This document shows, in pieces, positions 1 through 8,482 of a stretch of 64,000 bases of DNA. The DNA comes from an uncultured Actinomycetota bacterium (GTDB taxonomy: Bacteria; Actinomycetota; Actinomycetes; Streptosporangiales; Streptosporangiaceae). A program made the translations under genes and the position numbers. Each line of letters opens with the position of its first letter. Position 1 is the first letter of the stretch. The notes under the pieces are model-generated. The model made no database searches and was not told where the DNA came from. It saw only the letters and a program-made list of their open reading frames with translations. The stretch is from NCBI GenBank assembly GCA_963713585.1, contig CAVQMG010000010.1, positions 20,911 to 84,910 of the forward strand, written 5' to 3'.

Positions 1-376
1 CGCCGGGTACCTCGCGTTCGGCGACGTGACCGGCAAGGTCGGCCAGTGGTGGGACCTGGACCGGCTGGAGGATCTCTACCGGGCGTTCACTGCCTCGGCT
101 GCTCCGGTGCTAGAGCGCTGGCAGGCGGCGGCTGGCCAGCTCAGCGAACCGGTCGAGACTGACGACGGCGATCAGGGGCAGGCCTTCGCCGACTACGTCC
201 GGGTAGTGACCGCGTGGCGGCGGTTGCCGTTCCTGGACCCGGGGCTGCCACCCGAACTGCTGCCGCCGGACTGGCATGGAACCACGGCGGCGGAGCTGTT
301 CCAGCAGCTGCATGCCTGCCTGGCAGGCCCGGCCAGAAACCACGTGCTGACCGTCACCGGCCAGCCTGGAAATTGA
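1..376 (+). CDS. paaX: PaaX family transcriptional regulator, C-terminal part (5' end outside window)
   Basis: The frame is open from the window edge to the stop at 374-376. The translation ..YLAFGDVTGKVGQWWDLDRLEDLY..FADYVRVVTAWRRLPFLDPGLPPELLPPDW matches the PaaX C-terminal domain pattern as I remember it. Confidence 0.7.
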   Translation, partial: AGYLAFGDVTGKVGQWWDLDRLEDLYRAFTASAAPVLERWQAAAGQLSEPVETDDGDQGQAFADYVRVVTAWRRLPFLDPGLPPELLPPDWHGTTAAELFQQLHACLAGPARNHVLTVTGQPGN

Positions 377-443
377 CCGGGCCGGGGCGCCCGCGCAGTT
401 GCTCAGCCCATCCGCTCTGGCGGTGTAGCGTTAGCCTGTATTT

Positions 444-463
444 CAGATTTTCGGCGGAATCTG
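444..463. promoter_or_regulatory. Inverted repeat CAGATT-N8-AATCTG between paaX and the membrane-protein pair
   Basis: Perfect 6-bp arms at 444-449 and 458-463, read directly, in a locally AT-richer intergenic stretch. It loosely resembles the GATTC/GAATC half-sites of PaaX boxes. Function is not established. Confidence 0.25.
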
Positions 464-520
464 TGACGACTCGGGCGGCCCGGGTTCCTGCCGTCACGGG
501 GTAGCTGACAGGGAGCCACC

Positions 521-1054
521 ATGACGTATCAGCCGTATCCGACCGGGGGCGGTACCGCGGAACAGGCGCAGACGAGCCCGGCTCTGCCGCAGCCGGCGAG
601 CCTCCGCAATGCGGTCCGCCTGATGTGGGGCGGCGCTGGCCTGGCGCTGCTCGGCGCCATCTTCACGTTGGTCTTCAGCGGCCGGATCAAGACTGCCGTC
701 CAGCGGGCGGCGATCAAGGCTAATGTGACCCGGTCGGGTAAGGGGCAGGTGCAGCTCACGCCCGCGCAGATTCACTCGCTGGCAAGCGCCGTCGTCGCGA
801 TCTTCGTCGTCGTGCTGGTCGTCGGCATTCTGCTGTGGGCCTGGATGGCCTGGACTAACGGCAAGGGCAGGAACTGGGCCCGCATCGTCGCTACGGTGCT
901 GTTCGCCCTGAACACGATCTACCTGATCCTCGCGGTTGGCCGGGCGAGCATTACGCTGATCTTCATCGGGCTGGGCTGGCTGATCGGCCTGGTTGCGATC
1001 GTGCTGCTGTGGCGCAAGGACACCACGGCGTACATCGGCTCGCAGGTGCGGTAA
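521..1054 (+). CDS. Hypothetical 4-TM membrane protein, paralog A (N-terminus MTYQPYPTGGG)
   Basis: 177-aa ORF with GGAG-like RBS (cagggagcc) upstream. It has four hydrophobic stretches. It is clearly similar to the next ORF, sharing the N-terminal YQPYPTGGG, NAV+LM and W..RIVA.V.FAL motifs. Confidence 0.7.
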   Translation: MTYQPYPTGGGTAEQAQTSPALPQPASLRNAVRLMWGGAGLALLGAIFTLVFSGRIKTAVQRAAIKANVTRSGKGQVQLTPAQIHSLASAVVAIFVVVLVVGILLWAWMAWTNGKGRNWARIVATVLFALNTIYLILAVGRASITLIFIGLGWLIGLVAIVLLWRKDTTAYIGSQVR

Positions 1055-1090
1055 CCGGCCGAGCCAAGCGCCGATACTCAAGGAGTCAGC

Positions 1091-1603
1091 ATGTCTTACC
1101 AGCCATATCCGACCGGCGGCGGGAGCAACGAGCTCGCGTCGGCACCGCCGCAGCCGAAGTCGATCCAGAATGCCGTCAAGCTCATGTACGCCGGCGCCGC
1201 ACTGAGCGCGCTCGGGTTCATCGTCGGCCTGTTTTCCATCAACGCGCTGAAGGCCGCGCTGGTGAAGGCCAACAACACCGCGACCAAGCCGCTCACAGCG
1301 GCGCAGTTGCACACCGCTGAGACCGTCGGCATCGTGACGATCATCTTCATCGGCATCGTCGGCATCGTGCTGTGGCTGTGGATGGCCCGGGCCAACGGCG
1401 CGGGCAAGAGCTGGGCGCGGATCGTCGCGGCGGTGTTCTTCGCGCTCAGCACGCTGAGCCTGCTGCGCACCGTGTTCGGGCCGAACGCCGTCGAGACCAG
1501 GATCTTCGGCATCCTCGGCTGGCTGGTCGGCCTGGCCGCGACGTTCTTCCTCTGGCAGAAGGACTCGTCCGAGTTCTTCGCCCGGTCCAGCCGCCGCGTC
1601 TAG
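1091..1603 (+). CDS. Hypothetical 4-TM membrane protein, paralog B (N-terminus MSYQPYPTGGG)
   Basis: 170-aa ORF with RBS aaggag 7 nt upstream. It has the same architecture and conserved motifs as 521-1054. Confidence 0.7.
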   Translation: MSYQPYPTGGGSNELASAPPQPKSIQNAVKLMYAGAALSALGFIVGLFSINALKAALVKANNTATKPLTAAQLHTAETVGIVTIIFIGIVGIVLWLWMARANGAGKSWARIVAAVFFALSTLSLLRTVFGPNAVETRIFGILGWLVGLAATFFLWQKDSSEFFARSSRRV

Positions 1604-1609
1604 GCCGGG

Positions 1610-2023
1610 TCAGCCGGACCCGGCCGACCCGATGACGGCGTGGCCCTGCACCTCGACCAGGGCCGCCTCGTCCCATAGCCGGGACACGCCGATCGCGGCC
1701 ATCGCCGGGTAATCACGGCCGACGAGCCGGCGCCAGACAGCGCCGATCTCGCGGCCGTGAGCCCGGTAGTCGGCCAGGTCGACCGCGTACACCGTGAGGC
1801 TGGCCAGGTCGGCCGGCTGCCCCCCGGCCGCGTCCAGCGCGGTCAGCAGGTTGGCCAGGGCCTGCTCGAACTGCTCGGCCACGGTGGATCCGACGATCGT
1901 GCCGGCCGGATCCAGCGCCGTCTGCCCGGCCAGGAACACCACCCGGCCGCCGGCCGCCACCACGGCGTGCGCGAAGCCCGACGGCGCCGCCAGCGACGGG
2001 GGATTCACTCGCTCAACACTCAC
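1610..2023 (-). CDS. RidA/YjgF/Endoribonuclease L-PSP family protein
   Basis: 137 aa. The segments PSGFAHAVVAAGGRVVFLAGQTALD and AMAAIGVSRLW..ALVEVQG are typical of RidA-family proteins. Confidence 0.85.
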   Translation of the reverse strand: MSVERVNPPSLAAPSGFAHAVVAAGGRVVFLAGQTALDPAGTIVGSTVAEQFEQALANLLTALDAAGGQPADLASLTVYAVDLADYRAHGREIGAVWRRLVGRDYPAMAAIGVSRLWDEAALVEVQGHAVIGSAGSG

Positions 2024-2087
2024 CTGGAACTCCTAGCAGCGTCGTGTGGTCATGGGTGAACTTCACACCCATCGGCGGTTCGCCGGG

Positions 2088-4485
2088 TCAAGCCGGGCGC
2101 CAGCGGGCGTGCCGGGTGCCGCCAGCGCCCGCGGCCCTGATCAGCTCGAGTCGCGGCCGCGGCCCGTCGGTCCGCCCGGTCGCCGGCGGCCTGCTGCCAG
2201 CCTCCCACTGCACCGGCCACACCGCGCCTGGCCCGGCGTAACCCTGCGCGGCAGCGGCATGCAGCGTCCAGTTCGGGTCGTACAGGTGAGCCCGGCCGAG
2301 GGCGCACAGGTCCGCGCGGCCGGCCAGGATCAGCGAGTTCACGTCGTCGTAGGACGAGATGACGCCGACCGCGATAGTCGGGATGCCGGCCTGGTTCCTG
2401 ATCGCGTCGGCGAACGGGGTCTGATACGACCGGCCGAACGCAGGCTGCTCGTCCGCCGTCACCTGGCCGGTCGACACATCGATGGCATCGGCCCCGGCGG
2501 CCGCGAAGGCCCTCGCGACCTGCACGGCATCGGCACCGGTCAGGCCGCCCGGCACCCAGTCGCAGGCCGAGATCCGGACGGTCATCGGCTTGTGGTCCGG
2601 CCAACCGCGCGCATCGCCGTGAACACCTCGACCGGGTACCGCAGCCGGGCCGCCAGCGACCCGCCGTAGCCGTCGGTCCGCTGGTTCGAGACCGGCGAGA
2701 TGAACGACGACAGCAGGTAGCCGTGCGCGCAGTGCAATTCCACCAGGTCGAATCCGGCCCGGTCGGCCGCCTGCGGCGCGGCGACGAACTGCCCGAGGAT
2801 CTCGCGCATCTCCGCGACTGAGAGCTCGCGCGGGATCTGGCTGAGCCCGGGCGCGTAGGGAACCGGCGACGGTCCGCAGACCGGCCACGTTCCTTCGTGG
2901 AGGGGTTGGTCCATGCCTTCCCACATCAGCCGCGTGGCGCCCTTGCGGCCGGAGTGCCCGAGCTGCAGGCCGATCCTGGCCCCGCTGGACTCGTGCACGA
3001 ACGACGTGACTCGCCGCCACGCCTCCTCGTGCTCGGGGGCGTACATGCCCGCGCAGCCCGGCGTGATCCGGCCGTCGGCGCTGACGCAGACCATCTCGGT
3101 CATGACCAGGCCCGCCCCGCCGAGCGCTTTGCCGCCCAGATGCACCAGATGGAAGTCGGACGGCAGCCCGTCCGCCGCGCTGTACATGTCCATCGCCGAC
3201 ACCACGACCCGGTTGGGCAGCTCCAGCGACCGCAGCCGGAACGGCTGGAACATCGGCGGCACCACGTCGCCCGGCCCGAAGCCGCGCTCCCTGACCTGGC
3301 CGGCGAACCAGCGGTCCATCCGGGCGGTGAACTCCGGGTCGCGCAGCCGCAGGTTCTCGTGGGTGACCCGGCGGCTGCGGGTCATGATGTTGAACGCGAA
3401 CTGCTCGGGCTGCTGGCCGGCGTACTGGCCGAGGTTCTCGAACCATTCCAGGCTGGCTTGCGCCGCTCGCTGGGTGGACGCGACGACCGGCCGCCGCTCG
3501 GCCTCGTAGGCGGCCAGCGCGGCGGCGATCCCGCCGCCGGATCGGCGCCCGCGGCCGCGCGGTGCTCGTGCAGGCAGGCGGCGAGCGCGAGCGCGTCCTC
3601 CATGGCCAGCTTGGTGCCTGAGCCGATGGAGAAGTGCGCGGTGTGCGCGGCGTCGCCGAGCAGCACCACGTTGCCGTCGTGCCAGCTGCCGCAGCGCAGC
3701 GTGGCGAAGCTGAGCCAGCGCGAGTTGTTGGCGTGCAGTGCGTGCCCGCGCAGAACGTCGCCGAAGATCTCCGCGATCCGCTTGATCGAGCCCTCGTCCG
3801 ACTCGCCGGGAGCCAGCTGGCCGGCCTGCGCGGCGAGTTCGCCGAACCCGGCCGCTGCCCACACCGCGCTGTTCATCTCGGCGATAAAGGTGCTGCCGGT
3901 GGCGTCGTAGGGGTAGCCGTGCAGTTGCATGACGCCGTGCTCGGTTTGCTCGACATAGAACTTGAAGGCGTCGAAGACCAGGTCGGTGCCCAGCCACATG
4001 TACTTGCAGTCGCGAACATCGAAATCGGGCCGGAACGTGGCCGGACGGCTACTGCGGATCGCCGAGTTGCTGCCGTCAGCGGCGACGACCAGGTCGTAGT
4101 TGCTCGCGAGCTCGCTGGCGGGCGGTGCCTCGGTGCGGAAGAGCACGGTCACGCCGAGCTCGGCGCACCGGGCCTGCAGCAGCTCGAGCAGCCGCCGGCG
4201 GCTCATCGCGGCGAAACCGTGCCCGCCGCTGGTGATCACCTGGCCGCGGTAGTGCACGTCGATGTCGTCCCAGCGGGCGAATTCGCGCTCCATCTGGCGG
4301 TAGATGCCAGGGTCGGCGTTCTCGATCCCGCCGAGGGTCTCGTCGGAGAACACCACCCCGAAGCCGAAGGTGTCGTCGGGCGCGTTCCGCTCCCAGACGG
4401 TGATCTCAGCGCCGGGGTCCAGTTGCCTGGCCAGGGCCGCGAAGTACAGCCCGCCGGGCCCGCCGCCGGCGACCGCGATGCGCAC
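2088..4485 (-). pseudogene. Bifunctional FAD monooxygenase / Old Yellow Enzyme-type NADH:flavin oxidoreductase (salicylyl-CoA 5-hydroxylase / 2-aminobenzoyl-CoA monooxygenase-reductase-like), two frameshifts
   Basis: - N-terminus: MRIAVAGGGPGGLYFA (FAD fold), [35 protein letters not shown].
- The reading continues in a second frame ([14 protein letters not shown]..., OYE part [32 protein letters not shown]).
- It then moves to a third frame ([16 protein letters not shown]...GRAHLYDPNW).
- Shifts lie at about 3525-3560 and about 2603, where gtt-tgg reads gttgg. Confidence 0.75.
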
Positions 4486-4623
4486 GTCTGCCTCCCGGAT
4501 CCCGGGCCGGTCCCGGACATGCCGAGGTTATGACGTCCGTGCGACGATCGTCAACAGAACGCGACATCTCGCCCGGTCATGCCGTCAGGCCGATCCCGGC
4601 CGACTTCAGGGACAATCAGACTC

Positions 4624-5085
4624 GTGCACCAGATCGAACTTCCCTGCACGGCCGAGATCTCCTGCGCGGCTGGCCCGATCTTCGACCTCATCATCGACTT
4701 CGGCGGTCAGGATCGCTGGCTGCCGATGTCGTCGGCGTTTCGCGGCACGCAGGAAGTCTCCACCGACCCGGTGCAGCTCGGCACGACCTACCGGGAGCCC
4801 GGGCCGTTCGGCGTACGGCACGGCGAGGTGACCGAGTTCGAGCGGCCTTCCAAGGTCACCTTCCATCAGCCGATGACCCTGCGCTTCCACGCCGGGACTG
4901 TCGATATAACGCTGCGCTACTGGCTCGCGGCCAGACCCGGCTCGACCCACGTGCGCAGGGTCGTGACCATCGGCGTCCCGGCGTCGCTGCGGCTGCTGCA
5001 GCCGGTCCTGGTGCGGGCCTTCCGAACCGAGAGCAGCCGGACCCTGGCCGCGCTCAAGACGCACGCCGACGCGCCGCTGCCCTGA
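4624..5085 (+). CDS. SRPBCC (polyketide cyclase/dehydrase-like) family protein
   Basis: The ORF track gives 4579-5085. I prefer the GTG at 4624 (VHQIELPC...), which has aggga about 12 nt upstream. The length and beta-rich pattern fit SRPBCC ligand-binding proteins. Confidence 0.6.
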   Translation: MHQIELPCTAEISCAAGPIFDLIIDFGGQDRWLPMSSAFRGTQEVSTDPVQLGTTYREPGPFGVRHGEVTEFERPSKVTFHQPMTLRFHAGTVDITLRYWLAARPGSTHVRRVVTIGVPASLRLLQPVLVRAFRTESSRTLAALKTHADAPLP

Positions 5086-5147
5086 CCGTCGTCCCGCCCA
5101 GGGCGGCGGGACGGTGGCAGTCTGGCCCTGCGTCCTGATGGCAGCGG

Positions 5148-7529
5148 TCATTCGAACCGGACGTTGCCGGGCCTGGAGATGCGCCCAAGCAACGGCAGCG
5201 TCACGCCGATGATCGCCAGCGAGACGGCCAGGCCGGCCCCGATCGTCAGGTAGTAACTGCCGCCCAGGACGGGCAGCGGAGTGCCTTTCGGAGCCAGTTT
5301 CCACAACGTCAGGACCGAGATCAGGTAAGCGGTGCCGAGCGCGACGGCCGTGGCGGCGATCAGTGGCGCCACCGCCTCGAGCAAGACCACCCGGTACAGC
5401 GCCCCGGTCGGGGTGCCGCTGACCCGCATCAGCGTGAACGGCCGCTTGCGCTCGACCAGCCCGCCGCCGACAGCCACCGCGAGGCTGCAGCCGGCCACCA
5501 GCAGGGTCAGGATGACCGCGACATCGACCAGGCGCTGCACAGTGTTGCCAACCGCCACCCTGGCCTCGACGGCTTCGCCGAAGGTGCGCGGCGCGCTGCC
5601 TGAGGCGGACAGCGGCGTGTGGGTGGCCAGGAAGGTCCGGACCCGCTCGAGTGTCGCCGGGCTGTTGACCCGGATCAGGACCGACTGCAGGTACAGGCCG
5701 CCGAACCTGGCCGGGACCGCCGGGTTGGCGCGGCTGACAAACGCCTCGGTGGTGTCCGAGGGGTTGTCGCCGTACATGTTCATGGTGTTGGCCAGTACGG
5801 CCGCGGCGCCGGGCTTGCACTCGCCGAAGACCGCCAGCTGGCGCAGGCTGGCGCAGCTCATGATGCCGTTGTACGGGCCGCTGTCGGGGCCTGCTCCTGG
5901 ACCGCTGCCAACGCCGTTGCCGGGCCCAGGGCCGTTGCCGGGGGCGGGGCCCTTGCCGGGGCCGGTGCCAGCGTCGGCGTCCTGGGCGGTGGAGTAGACC
6001 GGATACACGGCGGTGCCGGGCAGTGCCCGCAGTTCGCGGAGCAAGGTCGCGCCCGTCGCCGGGGGCAGGCCCTCCATCAGGATCTGGTGCTCGCGTACGG
6101 AGGTATTCGCCTGCAGGTCGCCCAGGCCATTGCCGGTGCAGTTGACGCTGTTGCCGCAAACTGGCGCCTGCAGGAACTCCGCCAGCAGCACGTTGCTGAG
6201 CGACCTGGCGCTGGGCGTCGCCGTGGTCGCGTTCGCGGCCGGCAGCAACAGTGCCACCACCGTGCCGAGGAACACCGCCAGGACCAGGCCGCGGATGGAC
6301 CGGAACGCTGCCTTCGGATTGTCCGCGAGCCTGCGGCCAGCCAGCAGCGGGGATGCTCCGCCCAGTAGCCTCGGCGCCAGCCGGGCGGCCTGCGCCGTCA
6401 GCCACGGCCCGCCGACGACCAGGCCGATCATGACGATGATCAGGCCGGGAAAGGCCGCCGACCCGATCGACTTCGTGCTCGTCAGCGCCATGCCGACGGC
6501 GAACAGCACGATCCCGATCAGCAGCGGCAGGATGCGCCAGGCGGTCGGTGCAGCCGGGGTCACCTTGCGGGCGACTCCGAGCGGCGAGATCCGGACCCGC
6601 CGCAGTGAGAGGAGCGCCACGGCTGCCGCCGCGGCCGGAACCGCGACCAGCACAGCCAGGTAACCGGCCGCGGTTGGCGTGACGTCGCTGCTGAAGTAAC
6701 GAGCGCTGGTGATCGCGGTACTGGCCAGCCACGGCTGCAGGAGTGCGAACCCGCCGATCCCCAGGACGGAGCCGAGCAGGCCGCTGAGGGCCGACTCCAC
6801 CGCGGCGATCACGCTGATCTGCCGTGCGGTGGCGCCGACCAGCCGGAGCGCGGCGAATCGTTCCTCGCGCCGGGCGGCGGCGAGGCGGGTCGCGGTGCCG
6901 ATCAGGATCAGGATCGGGAACAGGAACGCGACGGCGCCCGCGAGGAAAGCGTCGCGGAAGTAGGGCGACCAGATCTGCTTCCCGGCTGCGCCGTCAATCG
7001 CGGTCACGCGCATGGTGGCAGGCAGCGTGGTCAGCCGGGTGGCTGGCTCGCCGATGTAGATGACCAGATCGCCCGGCCCGGCCAGCGCCCGCTGGCCGAT
7101 GAGACCGGTCAGCTTGCCGGGGAACCGGTCGCCGAGCTGGTCGGCTGGCACGGTGGCCAGCAACGCGGCCAGTGCGGGGGAGGCGTAGTAGTGTCCCGCG
7201 GCCGGCAGCCGGGAGACGCCGGGCGGCAGGGGCGCGCCGGGGCCGAGCGGCGCGATCTCCAGCCGCTCGATGGTCTGGCCGCGGAAGATGTCGTCGCCGT
7301 AATTCCACAACTCTGCGCCCGGCGCCGGCTGAGCTGACCGGGCCGAGACGAGTGTGCCCTCGGTGCACTGCCAGCACGGCTTGGCGTTGGTGGCACTGAA
7401 CGCGTGAAAGTCGGCCAGGACGCAGAGCATGATCGCGACGCCGACGGCGACCCCGCAGGCGGTCACTATCAGCCGGGTTCGTGCCTCCCGGCCACTGCGG
7501 ACGGAGAACTGCCAGCCAAGGCGCAGCAT
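5148..7529 (-). CDS. ABC transporter permease, double FtsX domain (MacB/YbbP-like)
   Basis: 793-aa uninterrupted ORF with many TM stretches in two FtsX-like halves. Its start abuts the stop of the upstream ATPase gene (7529/7530). Confidence 0.85.
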   Translation of the reverse strand: MLRLGWQFSVRSGREARTRLIVTACGVAVGVAIMLCVLADFHAFSATNAKPCWQCTEGTLVSARSAQPAPGAELWNYGDDIFRGQTIERLEIAPLGPGAPLPPGVSRLPAAGHYYASPALAALLATVPADQLGDRFPGKLTGLIGQRALAGPGDLVIYIGEPATRLTTLPATMRVTAIDGAAGKQIWSPYFRDAFLAGAVAFLFPILILIGTATRLAAARREERFAALRLVGATARQISVIAAVESALSGLLGSVLGIGGFALLQPWLASTAITSARYFSSDVTPTAAGYLAVLVAVPAAAAAVALLSLRRVRISPLGVARKVTPAAPTAWRILPLLIGIVLFAVGMALTSTKSIGSAAFPGLIIVMIGLVVGGPWLTAQAARLAPRLLGGASPLLAGRRLADNPKAAFRSIRGLVLAVFLGTVVALLLPAANATTATPSARSLSNVLLAEFLQAPVCGNSVNCTGNGLGDLQANTSVREHQILMEGLPPATGATLLRELRALPGTAVYPVYSTAQDADAGTGPGKGPAPGNGPGPGNGVGSGPGAGPDSGPYNGIMSCASLRQLAVFGECKPGAAAVLANTMNMYGDNPSDTTEAFVSRANPAVPARFGGLYLQSVLIRVNSPATLERVRTFLATHTPLSASGSAPRTFGEAVEARVAVGNTVQRLVDVAVILTLLVAGCSLAVAVGGGLVERKRPFTLMRVSGTPTGALYRVVLLEAVAPLIAATAVALGTAYLISVLTLWKLAPKGTPLPVLGGSYYLTIGAGLAVSLAIIGVTLPLLGRISRPGNVRFE

Positions 7530-8228
7530 CTAGGACGCACCTCCGGCCGGGGTCAGACCGTTCGTGACCAGGCTGTCTGGCACCGACCCGTCCGCGACCA
7601 GGACCGTGCGGTCCGCGTAGGCCGCCACGTTGGCGTCGTGGGTGACGAGCAGCACCGTGGTGTCATCGCTGCGGGCGACGCCGACGAGCAGATCCATGAC
7701 CTCATGGCCAGTCTGGGAATCCAGCGCGCCGGTCGGCTCGTCCGCGAACAGGACACGTGGACCGGTCACCAGGGCGCGCGCGATCGCGACGCGCTGTGCC
7801 TGGCCGCCCGACAGCTCGCCGGTCCGGCGGCCCGCCAGGCCGCCGATGCCGAGCCGGTCAAGCCCCGCCTGAGCCCGCCGGTAAGCGGTCCGGCGGCTGG
7901 TCCGGTTCAGCAGCAACGGCACGGCGATGTTATCGGCGGCTGACAGTTCGGGCACGAGCTGGCCGAACTGGAAGACAAATCCGAACTCGGTCCGCCTGAG
8001 CCTGGTTCGCCGCTTGTCCGGCAGCTGATCCAGTCGCTGGCCGTCGAACCAGACCTCACCGCTGGCCGGGGTCAGGATCCCGGCCAGGCAGTGCAGCAGC
8101 GTCGACTTGCCGGATCCGCTCGGACCCATGATCGCCAGGATCTCGCCGGCCTCGGCCGCGACGCTCGCGCCCTGCAGAGCGGGGGTTTCGCCGAAGGACA
8201 TGTGCAGGTCCCTGGCCTCGATCAGCAT
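7530..8228 (-). CDS. ABC transporter ATP-binding protein (MacB/LolD-type)
   Basis: Walker A GPSGSGKST, signature LSGGQAQRVAIARAL, Walker B VLFADEPTGALD. Confidence 0.9.
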   Translation of the reverse strand: MLIEARDLHMSFGETPALQGASVAAEAGEILAIMGPSGSGKSTLLHCLAGILTPASGEVWFDGQRLDQLPDKRRTRLRRTEFGFVFQFGQLVPELSAADNIAVPLLLNRTSRRTAYRRAQAGLDRLGIGGLAGRRTGELSGGQAQRVAIARALVTGPRVLFADEPTGALDSQTGHEVMDLLVGVARSDDTTVLLVTHDANVAAYADRTVLVADGSVPDSLVTNGLTPAGGAS

Positions 8229-8482
8229 GGTTGCCCCTACCAGTGTCGTGTGCGGAAGCCGGCGCGCGCCGCGCCGGGTGACGTTCGCGGTCCAGACTGC
8301 CGGTGACCCGAGTCCGCCCGCATCGGGGAAGACCCTGACCTGCCCCCCGCATCACCGGCCTGGCCTCAGGGGCGCGGCGTCAAGGACAGGTGGCGGGTGC
8401 GCCGATAGGGGCGAGAAACTCTGGCGCGACACGCCGCGGCGAATGCTCGGCAATCGGAGGTGCGCTAGCTACGGTGGGGATC

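Noticed and set aside
4606-6732. 708-aa ORF on the minus strand overlapping the FtsX permease gene in another frame.
   Set aside because: The translation is Arg/Pro/Gly-rich (RRHANRGRLPGCAGRGSGRGG...), typical of off-frame reading in high-GC DNA. It has no recognisable domains. The overlapping permease frame has clear TM and family features.
8390-8482. The longer FtsK start given by the ORF track (MAGAPIGARNSGATRRGE...).
   Set aside because: The extension has no RBS and an Arg/Gly-rich composition. The ATG at 8483 has a GGTGGGGA Shine-Dalgarno-like sequence at the right distance.
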